A stretch of 64,000 bases of DNA from Marsupella aquatica (taxonomy: Eukaryota; Plantae; Marchantiophyta). Below are positions 1 through 10,010 of this stretch, in pieces. The stretch is taken from NCBI GenBank assembly GCA_973895155.1, contig OZ316894.1, positions 21,981,867-22,045,866 of the forward strand, in the 5' to 3' direction. A program made the translations under genes and the position numbers. The stretch's first letter is position 1. Each line of letters begins with the position of its first letter. The notes under the pieces were generated by a model. It saw nothing but the letters and a program-made list of their open reading frames with translations, did not search any database and was not told where the DNA came from.

Positions 1-90
1 AGTGAGCCACTCCACAAACTATGCTAGTGTCGAACTAGAGCTAATGCTAACCGCAGTTAGCCGAGTACAAGGTAGAGGCAATACCTAACA
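1..90. mobile_element. Partial LTR (one end only, truncated by window start)
   Basis: Ends ...caaggtagaggcaatacctaaca at 90. This resembles the end of the solo LTR at 22841-23161 (...caaggttgagtcgaaaacctaaca). Confidence 0.45.
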
Positions 91-201
91 GAAAGAGTGG
101 GACGGATGGCAACTCTCACCTGCAAATTTTGGCTCTAATGGTGCTTCAGTCTGGCTCCTGGACATCCTTTCTTAGAGCATTAGGGAGAGATAGGGGGCCC
201 C

Positions 202-533
202 TGTTGAAGTATGACGCCTTTCTTCATGACGATACAACCATGACTCATACCATGCACATGTAGTCGACACTATCCATACGTGGTTCACCTCTTCTCCAAG
301 GCTACGTCCACACGAATACAACAACTTTATTTCAAGAATCGTTGAACACACAAGCTGTCTCTCTTCCTCAAGTTGCTCCATTACAATGAGCAAGCACTAC
401 GTACCAGCGGCTTACACTAGCCCTGGTGTATGCAAGGTCACACATGACTAACCTAATCTCAGCTAAGTCCCTAACTGAGGTTAACCTAATTACTGTATTT
501 TTTGAGTCACAAGACTAAGAGCAAGCCTTAACA
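202..533. mobile_element. Solo LTR, probably Copia-type
   Basis: Has TGTTGA...TTAACA termini and is flanked by cccc on both sides (198-201, 534-537). Shares the motif atacgtggttcacc...ggctacgtccac with the LTRs at 22841 and 23737. Confidence 0.7.
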
Positions 534-3182
534 CCCCTAACTCAAGATTCATCTTTGTGTGAATCTTTCTGCGGGTAAAAGTACGTTGCTAGAAAAGAAA
601 CCGAAGATCATCATAGTAGTTGCTTCGGCAACTCAAATGCTGGGTTCCAAAATTACTCTTTGTGGACCATATCTAGTTTTCACTCAATGAGCTCTTTGAT
701 GTTGCACAGATAAGGGCAAAGGATATTTGAGAATAGTTCATCTATGGTGGCGTTCCTGGATATAGATGACGGAGTAGTCCCACACCCACAAATTGTCTGC
801 CCTTGAACTATTCCTTTGCTGCCAAAATGGAACCTAAAAAGACATCAATTTCTCAGAATTTGTTTCTTAATACATACCCCTCCAAGATGAGTCAATTTAT
901 CTTGGTTAGCGAATTCGCTGAAGGTCAAAGAGGAACTACCCTAGACCGTGAAAGCCATCCTGCAGTCCACCAACTGGGTTCAGAAGAATATCTAGGATTG
1001 GAAATGAAGACGCCCAAGAGATCGGACTTGTCCTAGGCCCTACTCGGTCAACATCTTACAAATGTGATAAAGATCCTCCTCACTGCAAAAGTTGAGCCCA
1101 ATTCATCCACATCTCTGGCTGAAGAAGCTTAGGGGAGGACCAAAAGTAGGAGAAACCGAGGAGAAAGAAGCACATAAATAAGATGTCCAACATCGGTGTG
1201 GGCGGACAAAATGCCACACCATTATTGTAACTTCCACGAACAGACTAATTGAGATGCAGCTGCACGTGGAGAGGTGGATGGACAAGGAGGCCCTGGAACC
1301 ATGGTACCACTAGGACGAGGTATACTGAAAGTTAGGCACGTCTTTCAGGACGAGCTCTTTGCTTAGCTTCTGTCAAAGTCGTTCCCATCTACCCTGGCTC
1401 AGCTTCCTAGAGTCAATTTAATAAATCAAGCGTCACGCTCTGCTCTCTCGTGGTCATCCAGTTTCCACCAATGACCTCAAGATTGTATTGGACCCATCTG
1501 CTATCTGACTAAACATTTCAAAAGCTGGACCAAGCTGCTATCTGACTAAAAATTTCAAAAGTGCCAAATCTGGGCACTCTGCCAAACGTACTTTGTATAT
1601 GAGAATTTCATTTTGATTTTTTCTGGATGTTTGCATTAGCCTTGAGATTGTGAAAAGCGATTATTTATTACGTGGCAGATGGCGAACCGGTGAGGAGTAC
1701 GGTTACTTTTGTTCTAGATTTAAATGTGTGGCCGAGAACTTATTAGATGAAATTAAACATATGAACGACATAAAATTTCGAAACATGGGTTCTCCGTACA
1801 CCCCGTACCCGGTCACTAAATTAGTAAATTACGACAAAAGCACTTTGGATGCCCCATTTTCGCGGTACGTTGATTTTATCACCCGTCGATTGAAAGCATT
1901 CAATTATGATCGGTGGTTCGAAAGTGACAAAGTGGGGAGATACGTGCCAGCCTTTGGATCTTCCTCGCGAGTAGATCTGCGACAGATGTCGGCTCCCACC
2001 TCTTCCCGAAAAATCCGTGGCACATTTTCGGCCTCAAATATTATTGAGGTCAAACGGATGTTACGGGTTTCATGGGAGGTCAGCCCACCCCCTAACGGCC
2101 GCAAACTGCACGCCTGAACTACGTACTCACTCCGCCCTCTAGGTGGCTGACCGTCGGCTCAAGGGCACCTGTCGCTCTTCTACTGGGTAGCGCCGGCCTA
2201 GACCGGCACCTGTCCTTGAACACCGGTCTGTCGAATAAGCGTCCGCCACGACCAGGAGAAAACACCTGGCCGCCACTTCTCATTGGGTGCTGCCGGAGAC
2301 CGACTGGTATGACCGACACGTAGCGCCCGAGCCTCGTGGCGTCGCTTTGAGTCGGAGCTTTGGTCTAGATGTTTTGCTCTCTTCTCTGGGTCCGAATCGA
2401 AAGTCTTCTTCGTTTATGGGCAGCAGGTGATGATCATAGCCTTCATGTTGTTGCAAATTGGGAACAGGAGGAGTAGTGTTGCTTGCGTGTAGAGCGTCGA
2501 GAGTCAGAAAGTTGGACGTGTTGCATTGAGATCGTCAGCAGTTAGGAAGAAATCGCGGTTACCAGTTTGTCGGTGGATAGTGTGTGCTGGGTCTAGAACT
2601 CCTTCCAATCCAATCGGTCGATTCCTCCCATACTTGTGGTCCCGAGAACAATTTCTCGATCTGCAGCTGGAAAGAAAGAAACCTCCCCTCCAATCGGTCA
2701 CTTCCTAGTGGACTTCTGGTCCTCAGAAAAGTTGTCGTGCATATTCTGTTGCAGTTTAGATCTGTCCCGAGTGGAGAGTGATGAAATTTCAGTAGAGAAG
2801 GTCGTCTGCATTGGCAATTGAAATCTTGTAGTGTGTTTTTTGCTGGTGGCGTGTAGCCCCCTTGTCAATCACTCCTTCATTATTCCGAGAACAGATTCTC
2901 GTGCATATATTGGCATAACCCGATTCTTGTTGAGTGACATCTATTCGAAGCCAGTAGCAGTTTTTACTAGGAAAGACATTGGGATTGACGCTTCTGAATC
3001 AGAATTCCAGTTCTGGCAGCTTTACAGACTCATTCTCATTCCCCCGTGTGAGAGTCCTGAGTTTTTGGTGCTGGGTGCTCCAGTTTGTGAGAGAGCTGCG
3101 ATTTTGGCTTGGGGCAAAATTGAGCGCAGCCACTGTTTCCAGTTCTGTTGGACGGAGGGGGATACTACTGTCTCGTCGTGTG

Positions 3183-4412
3183 ATGGCTCAAGCGTGGACG
3201 GATCCGGAACAGAAGGTATTAGAGCTGGATCCCCTTCATGACGTGAAGGAGGAATTTCAGCACCACAGTCCCCGTTTGAGGCATGTGGATTTGCCTGAGG
3301 AGAAGGACACGCAGATGGACGGTGTTGTGAAGGCTCACGTACCAGAGGCGTTCGTTGCTGAGTTGGAAAACGACCATGCTATTACTAAGCCTGCCACAGA
3401 CTTTCATGAGACCGAAGCAGAGTACATGGAAGATGACCCTTTGCACAATGTGAAGCAGGAGCTGGAGCACCACAGCCCTCACCTCAGGCATGTGGAGTCT
3501 CCCTACTCTCCTGGACATTCTCCTGCATCTCCTGGAGGAGTCGTCAAGAGTGAAGTTCCTCCTGCATTCGAAGAAGAGCTGAAGAACGACCACGATATAG
3601 TGAAAGGTCACGAAGCTGAAGGGTTGGATGGCCAGACCGGAGAAAACCAAAGTTTTCGCACTCTGAGAGAACCAACATTCGTTGGGTTGCGACCTGGGGC
3701 TCGGCCCAGGTTTCGAATCAGTGCCAATGTTATGGGCAATCATCCTCATCGAGCTGGTCTGCATCCGAATCCCGAGACAGCAAACATGTGCTTCAAGGAC
3801 GAAGCCGACGATCAGGAGGGGGAGTCAATTGATGCCAATCCCGCAGAAGAGAGTAGCAGTCTTCGAAATGAAGAGTCGATTGCCACGAAACCACGAGGAG
3901 TCGCAGCCCGAGGAACTCCCCACTTCAGGATCAGTGCACACCAAGGAATGCGCCCTGGAGGCCCGTTGTCGAGGGACTTGAAATCCGAGACAACAAGTGA
4001 GAGTACTGCTGTTGGAGGAGACGGAGTAGGAGCTGATTTGTCCGCAGAGATGAAGCCCAAAGGTCCTGGCTTACCAAATAACCGTGGTGGTCTGATGAGC
4101 AGCTCAGGACCCAGACGTGGGGGGCTTGCCAGAACGGGGTCTGGAGTGCCAGGAGGCGAGCAAAAGGGAGGAGGCGGAGGTTCGCTAGCCAGAACAGGGT
4201 CTGGAGTGCCAGGCGAGCAGAGGCTAGGTGGTGGCCTGGCCAGGACAGGGTCGGGAGTGCCTGGGAATTCTTTAGCTAGACAAGGATCTGGAGCGTTCGG
4301 GGGCCTCGCCAGGACTGGGTCTGGCATTCCCAGTTCCAAGGGAGGTAATAATGATCTGAAAGATTTCAGCTCATTTTTAGATTCCGCTGATTTTAAAAAG
4401 GAGGAAATGTAA
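3183..4412 (+). CDS. Uncharacterised, likely intrinsically disordered repeat protein (409 aa) with two WH2-like LRHV repeats and five LARxGS repeats
   Basis: Long open frame whose first ATG is at 3183 (MAQAWTDPEQ...). Internal repeats are conserved at protein level with synonymous codon changes, which indicates real coding sequence. A GC-rich promoter-like region lies at ~2090-2340. Confidence 0.85.
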   Translation: MAQAWTDPEQKVLELDPLHDVKEEFQHHSPRLRHVDLPEEKDTQMDGVVKAHVPEAFVAELENDHAITKPATDFHETEAEYMEDDPLHNVKQELEHHSPHLRHVESPYSPGHSPASPGGVVKSEVPPAFEEELKNDHDIVKGHEAEGLDGQTGENQSFRTLREPTFVGLRPGARPRFRISANVMGNHPHRAGLHPNPETANMCFKDEADDQEGESIDANPAEESSSLRNEESIATKPRGVAARGTPHFRISAHQGMRPGGPLSRDLKSETTSESTAVGGDGVGADLSAEMKPKGPGLPNNRGGLMSSSGPRRGGLARTGSGVPGGEQKGGGGGSLARTGSGVPGEQRLGGGLARTGSGVPGNSLARQGSGAFGGLARTGSGIPSSKGGNNDLKDFSSFLDSADFKKEEM

Positions 4413-6034
4413 TCATTGGTCTCCGAGGAGGACAAGAGTTGCGACCGGAAGGATGGTTTTGGGAAGGTTGGTGATAAAACTGGTTGAATGGGGAAGTAAG
4501 TGAATCTAAAATCTGCCCCTCAGGAAGCCGAGAGGCTTAAAGATACCGGGGAGGTAGCTACAGGGGAGGCCGTCAGGTCTGCTGATGCGTCAAGGTTCAG
4601 GTTCAGCAGAATGTAATGGCTGTGGATCGTGCAATGCTATGATGGCGCGGAGCGCAGAGCGTCTGAGCAGATCTTTAGATCTGGCCTGTCCACTTGGCAA
4701 ATCCAATGCATAGAGCACGGTTTATTTGAGTCTCACTACTGGGACAGACTTCCTCGTTCCTTCTCGATTGACGTTGATGAAGTCGAACATTGGGGATACC
4801 AGTAGGACGGATTCTCCCATGTGGGTTTATCTGACACAGCTATAGTTTGAAAGTTCTGAGACTACACATCATTTTTTCATTATATCTGTGAGGCGTAGGC
4901 TAGGTGATGATCGATCTATTTTTGATTGGATCATGCTTCATAATGGCTACTTTGTGAGCCTCTGTGCACGAAATTCATGTTTATTGAATTCAGCGAGCAT
5001 GTTCATCATCATTCGTTATGCCCACCATATCTGCCACAGGGCAACCATTGCATTCTATCTTTCTATTCAACTGTGGACTGTTATTTACAAATTAGGATTG
5101 GAGTTTATTGCAATAATATGGGCACTTCTTGATGATCTCTTGTACATACTTGGTGACGATACGGCCAGTGACGTTTTTGCTCAACTGAACGTATCTAAGA
5201 ACGACATGTTTTCGTATGATGCTGTTTCGCGAAGCAGCACAGCAAGAAAAAGAAATGGTTGCATACTTTTGACGCGTTATTTCGATCGTGGCAAGTTCTC
5301 GAGTAGTCTTTAAAATCTGCTGGGTTGTGTACATGGAAGGAGAACTTTTACTATGAACATGAACTTTGAAACGGGTGAGAGCACCGTTTGTCGCGCGACT
5401 ATATGTTCACTTCGGAAGGAACAGCCGTACCAGACACTCGAATAATCTCGTCAATCACAACCTACGTATCTAATACGGGTATATGAAATGAGTTTTCGGG
5501 TTCAAGGGGAAAAAAGAATAATTTCAGAAGCCACAGCGCAGAAAGTTGCAAAGTAATTTAATAACTTGCACGTCGTGTGCAAAGGTAAATAAATACATCT
5601 CCATCGTGCACAACTTTCAAGAGTAAAGGAAAAACTCGGTGGTCCTCACTGCGCACACCTTTGGCCTCGTCCACAACTTAAACATCTAAATTCGTATGCG
5701 AGAAGAACTTTAAAGAGTGACAAAGCGTAACATTCAAAGCTTCAGACAAGCAACGCTGATATGTGCAACTTCACATCGTGGACAAAGCGGCATATAAATG
5801 CAAAGTCAATGCAACTGCACATCATGCACAACTTTTAAGAGTACAGGATTAAGTTGAGGGTCTTGCTGGACACATCTTTCGACTCGCATCCTATTTCAGA
5901 TGCCGTGGAGACTCTTTGCCTCGAAAAAAGGGCGCCCTGTTACACTTCTCTCAGTGTCTGGTGTGACGCATCAAAAGCAGCTGTGGATTTTTGGTGCAAA
6001 CATAATCTGCTGTTGGCAATTGTAATAGTAAAAT

Positions 6035-6197
6035 AAAAACCGACGACTATTGATTTAGATAGAGCCTCACAGATTTTGCAAAGCTGAGATGCTTCTGTAA
6101 TTCCTCATCTGCTTTGGCAGTTGTAACAGAAAAACTGACCACTATTGATTTAGAACCTCACTGATCTTGCCAAGCTGAGATACTTCTCTAATTCCTC
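6035..6197. repeat. Two tandem copies of a ~90-bp unit
   Basis: aaaaaccgacgactattgatttaga...gctgagatgcttctgtaattcctc is repeated as aaaaactgaccactattgatttaga...gctgagatacttctctaattcctc. Confidence 0.7.
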
Positions 6198-7136
6198 GCA
6201 CCCAAAGAAGAACCCTCACACAACACTCCGAAATTGTATGTTCCAACACTGATACGTATGTATTTGAACGCTTCTCTTCACATCCAAACTATACTTCCAT
6301 TCTATAAATCCGGAGAATGGAAAGTATGTCACAGTGCAAGGGTAATCGAATACATTCACTCAACAGAATTCGTTGGGTGTTTTCGAGGCAAAAAAACAGA
6401 ATTTCCTTATTCTACCAACCTGACACTGACCATAAGCCAATCTGTCCAACACTCACGACAGAATGATGTCATGTCCTATTTCGGTCCAACATTCCCATGT
6501 CAGCCGTCGAAGTTAGAAAGAGCTATGGTAACTGTGCCCTGAAGTGTATGAGTGGAACCGCCTGACAGACGAATTGTTGTCCATCGAGACCGAATGTACG
6601 ATACCAATATAGGACGCAATTACGATCAGAGATTTGGATTTCCGAGACTTTGGGCTATAGTAAACGACCCCATGGTGCAGAATTCGGACGAATCCACGAA
6701 ATGGCAGATTCCACTGTTTTTTTAAATAGATAATGTATCATAATTTGACTTTACGATTCCCAGAACATTATCGACTAACTACGGTGACCGGGATCCGCCA
6801 GCTCTTGAAAATGGATAATGGAGGTTAAAAGGACGCCCAACTTTATCATACTTTTCGAATAAGTTCTCCTTTAATATTGCAGCAGAATAGCAGACTCATG
6901 AGCTGAACCGCCGTCGACAATAGTGATGTCTGCCGTGATGATTTCATCATGACGAAGGCAGCGTGTTCACTGAGCTGCTTCCAGAGAACCTTCGGAAGAA
7001 ATGAATCTAAACCCGTTGAGTTCTTCACTGTTAAACATGGTGTGGAACGAGTAGGAATTGCTGAAGAGAGGAGAGGAGAGGAGAGCTAGGGAGCGGAGTT
7101 GAGCTGAGCTGCGCTGATCTGATCTGAGGAGGAGCA

Positions 7137-8783
7137 ATGGCATCTGGAGATCTCAGGGACCCGGTGCTAGAGCAGCAGGAGCAGCATGGAGGGAGAGTCG
7201 ATGAGTCTTACGCCGGGAGAGTATTGACAGCGTGCTCTGTCGACTACGGGCGTCAGAAGACGCTCGCACGGCTGAAGAGCACCAAATATGGGAGAGGGCT
7301 CGAGTCAGTGAGCATCCCCTCGCGACTGGCCTCTCCCTTCGTGCAGCTATACAACCGATTCAACCAAGAGCTGAATTCGATCTCGTTGCCACTTAAAGTG
7401 GGCCTCGCTGCGTCGATATGCTCCCTCCTCTGTTTCCTCCCGGGCCCGATGAGCGTGTTCAATAGCAACGGGACTTGGGCAGTGGTCACCGTGGACTTGG
7501 TGATGGAGGCCAACGTCGGGGTCACATTCAGCCAGGGCATCAATCAGACCCTCGGGACTTTGGCAGCCGCTGCTCTCGGTTTGCTGGTAAATTTCCTAGT
7601 GCAAATGAGTGGAAAATATGAACCCTACTTCCTGGTCTTCTGGGTATTCTTCGGTGGTGCTCTGGCGACAATGTTCAAATTCAGAGGCCCGTTCAGAGAT
7701 CGGTGGAACCTCGCCGTCGCCATCTCGATGATGATTTTCCACGTTCTGATCCTGGCCAAGATGGACTTCAAGGACAGATTGACATCGCCGTTCATCTTGC
7801 TGTTCACCATTGTCATTGGCTTTTTGACCACTTCTCTGGTAACGCTGGGGGTTGCACCTAAGTATGCTGGGTCAGCGGTCAATGACCTGGTGGCCAAGAA
7901 TTTCGAACGAGCAGGCAATGTGATGGAGCGCTGTGTGATTGCTTATTGTCAAGGGGTGGTGCTGGAGGAGTTGCGTGAGATTCATTCTGGAGAAGCGGAT
8001 GATCACAACATCCACATGTCTCTCCACGAGATCACTTCAACCGAATCCGAAGTCGAGAAGCTGTTGAAAGCAGTGCCATTTGAGCCGTGCCATGGAAAGT
8101 TCTTCTTCGGCTACCCATGGGATATGTATGGGGAGGTTACAGAAAACCTCAGACAAACTCTCTATGATGTATTAGAATTGGAGTCGTGCTTGCATTCTGA
8201 GATCCAGGCTCCTCTCCATCTTCGCCATGTTTTTGAGGATGAAGTTCTTTGTATTGGTAAAGAATGTGCTCAGGTGTTCCGCAAGCTCGGGGAGAGCATA
8301 CGAGCAATGCGACGTGTGCACTCTCTTCATCCGCTGGAGCAAGCAGAAGAAGGTGCATTGCTTCTTCAATACAAAATCGTGAAGTATACCAGTAGCATTA
8401 TTAGTGGCGCTGGTAGTGCTGAAAGTGAGATTGCAGGAAGGTTCCCAATTGACAAAGAATCAGAGGATGTTACTGAAGAAAATGCTACAGTGTCTGGCCA
8501 AGAGGGTAGTGTCAAATCCAGAAGACGGGCGCGCTTGGTGGATGGAAATGAAGAATTTCTGCAGAGACGAGAGACAATGAGCCACCGATGGGATACAACA
8601 GTCCATAGAATAGCAGCTCTGTCTCTCATTAAATTTGCCGCACTTCTTATAGAATTAGTCATCAAGGCACGGTTTGTGGTCGCTCGTGTACAAGAGTTGG
8701 AAATCAAGGCCCGTTTTGAAGAAGATGACGCGGAGAGCAACTTTTCAGCTCACATCCCAAAGCCAGGAAACCAGCAGGCCTGA
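7137..8783 (+). CDS. ALMT: Aluminium-activated malate transporter (ALMT) family anion channel, divergent, single exon (548 aa)
   Basis: Shows ALMT motifs LKVGLA, WAVVTV..ME.NVG.T.S.G.N..LGTL, P.YAG, FEPCHGKFFFGYPW.MY (the WEP-motif region), LHSEIQAP, and C-terminal ALSLIKFAALLIE. There are about six N-terminal hydrophobic segments. Confidence 0.93.
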   Translation: MASGDLRDPVLEQQEQHGGRVDESYAGRVLTACSVDYGRQKTLARLKSTKYGRGLESVSIPSRLASPFVQLYNRFNQELNSISLPLKVGLAASICSLLCFLPGPMSVFNSNGTWAVVTVDLVMEANVGVTFSQGINQTLGTLAAAALGLLVNFLVQMSGKYEPYFLVFWVFFGGALATMFKFRGPFRDRWNLAVAISMMIFHVLILAKMDFKDRLTSPFILLFTIVIGFLTTSLVTLGVAPKYAGSAVNDLVAKNFERAGNVMERCVIAYCQGVVLEELREIHSGEADDHNIHMSLHEITSTESEVEKLLKAVPFEPCHGKFFFGYPWDMYGEVTENLRQTLYDVLELESCLHSEIQAPLHLRHVFEDEVLCIGKECAQVFRKLGESIRAMRRVHSLHPLEQAEEGALLLQYKIVKYTSSIISGAGSAESEIAGRFPIDKESEDVTEENATVSGQEGSVKSRRRARLVDGNEEFLQRRETMSHRWDTTVHRIAALSLIKFAALLIELVIKARFVVARVQELEIKARFEEDDAESNFSAHIPKPGNQQA

Positions 8784-10010
8784 GATCTAAGTAAAAAATA
8801 GTTTATTTTGTTGGGGATGTATACAACTCTCTGCGGGCTGGTGATCCCAGAAGCCTCGCACTGTGGTGCGTTCTCTTCGATATTCTTTCTCTTCCTATCA
8901 ATTGTCGCAACACTTTGGTCCATGGTGACACCATCTGCCTTACTCCTGGTTGGTGAGAGTGTATGGGAGCTGGAGTCCGAGGTGAGGATCGTCCATTTTC
9001 AGGAGTTTGTTCATTTTTCATCTCTGGTGGTTGGCATCGAGTCCAATCCTGTGCAACAGTTTTCGTTCTCGCTCTTGCACTATCAATAAGAGTCCGAGCG
9101 TCATCATTCATTGCGCAATCCACCCACAGACAGACAAGATCAAGCTACATTAGAGCCCCGGTAGGAGCTGTCAGCGCAGTTGACGAATCGAAGGCAGAAT
9201 GTTACCATTTACTCCAACTGTTCATGTGCTGGTTATACAATCTTGCCCGATACTTACATTGTAGTATGTACAAAGGGAACGTTGGGAGACGATTTCCAGA
9301 AAATGCAACTGTGAGAAATTTGTAATTGATAATGATTGAGAACAATTGTGGTTCCAAACGGAGACTTGTTCACTAAGCACAAGACATGCAACACAATAAA
9401 ATCATAGTTCAGATTTTCCCAAATCATCGTTTTGCCCTTTTGAAACCAGGAGTCCGCGTTGGTTGCCATTCCTGAATAGAGTTTGAGACGATGAATTTTT
9501 CGAACTGAAACATGTTACAACAAACTCTTTGTCATAATCTTATAGCAATGAGAAATTTGGCCATAATCGTAAGAAACAATGCGTCAGATCCTAGTCTAAG
9601 TAGATGGGGAGGGTCGAACTAACTGAGTTTCATATCAATTTGCTGATTGATATTTACCCCCATCGTGGATTCTTATTGCGAATTGTTTTTCATGGTAGAC
9701 AATTGAATCAAACTGTACCACAAGAAATGAGAAAACATCACATTCCTCCGGAGGACATTACCAAATTCCAACTCTTGCCAGTAGTCCCCGCAGAGTAATA
9801 GCTCAATCTAAGGTAATTCAATCTGTACTTGAGTGATACCTTGTTGTATACTTACGCCACAAGCTTTCCTCCAAATGTGCTGGCTGCTTCCAGTTGTAAT
9901 GTGCCAATCGGCTAATACTCTCTCAAAGAGGCTTACACTAGTACATTGATCGACCCTTCCCAGAAGCACAATCGTATCAGCTCTCGACTAAAGGAGCAGA
10001 ACTACGGGGA

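Noticed and set aside
534-1500. Possible decayed retrotransposon gag on the minus strand (LYHICKMLTE* resembles a zinc knuckle)
   Set aside because: Too many stops and frameshifts, and no complete motif. It cannot be supported without a profile search.
2979-3182. N-terminal 68 aa of the tracked 477-aa ORF
   Set aside because: It starts at TTG. In a eukaryote the first ATG (3183) is the more plausible start.
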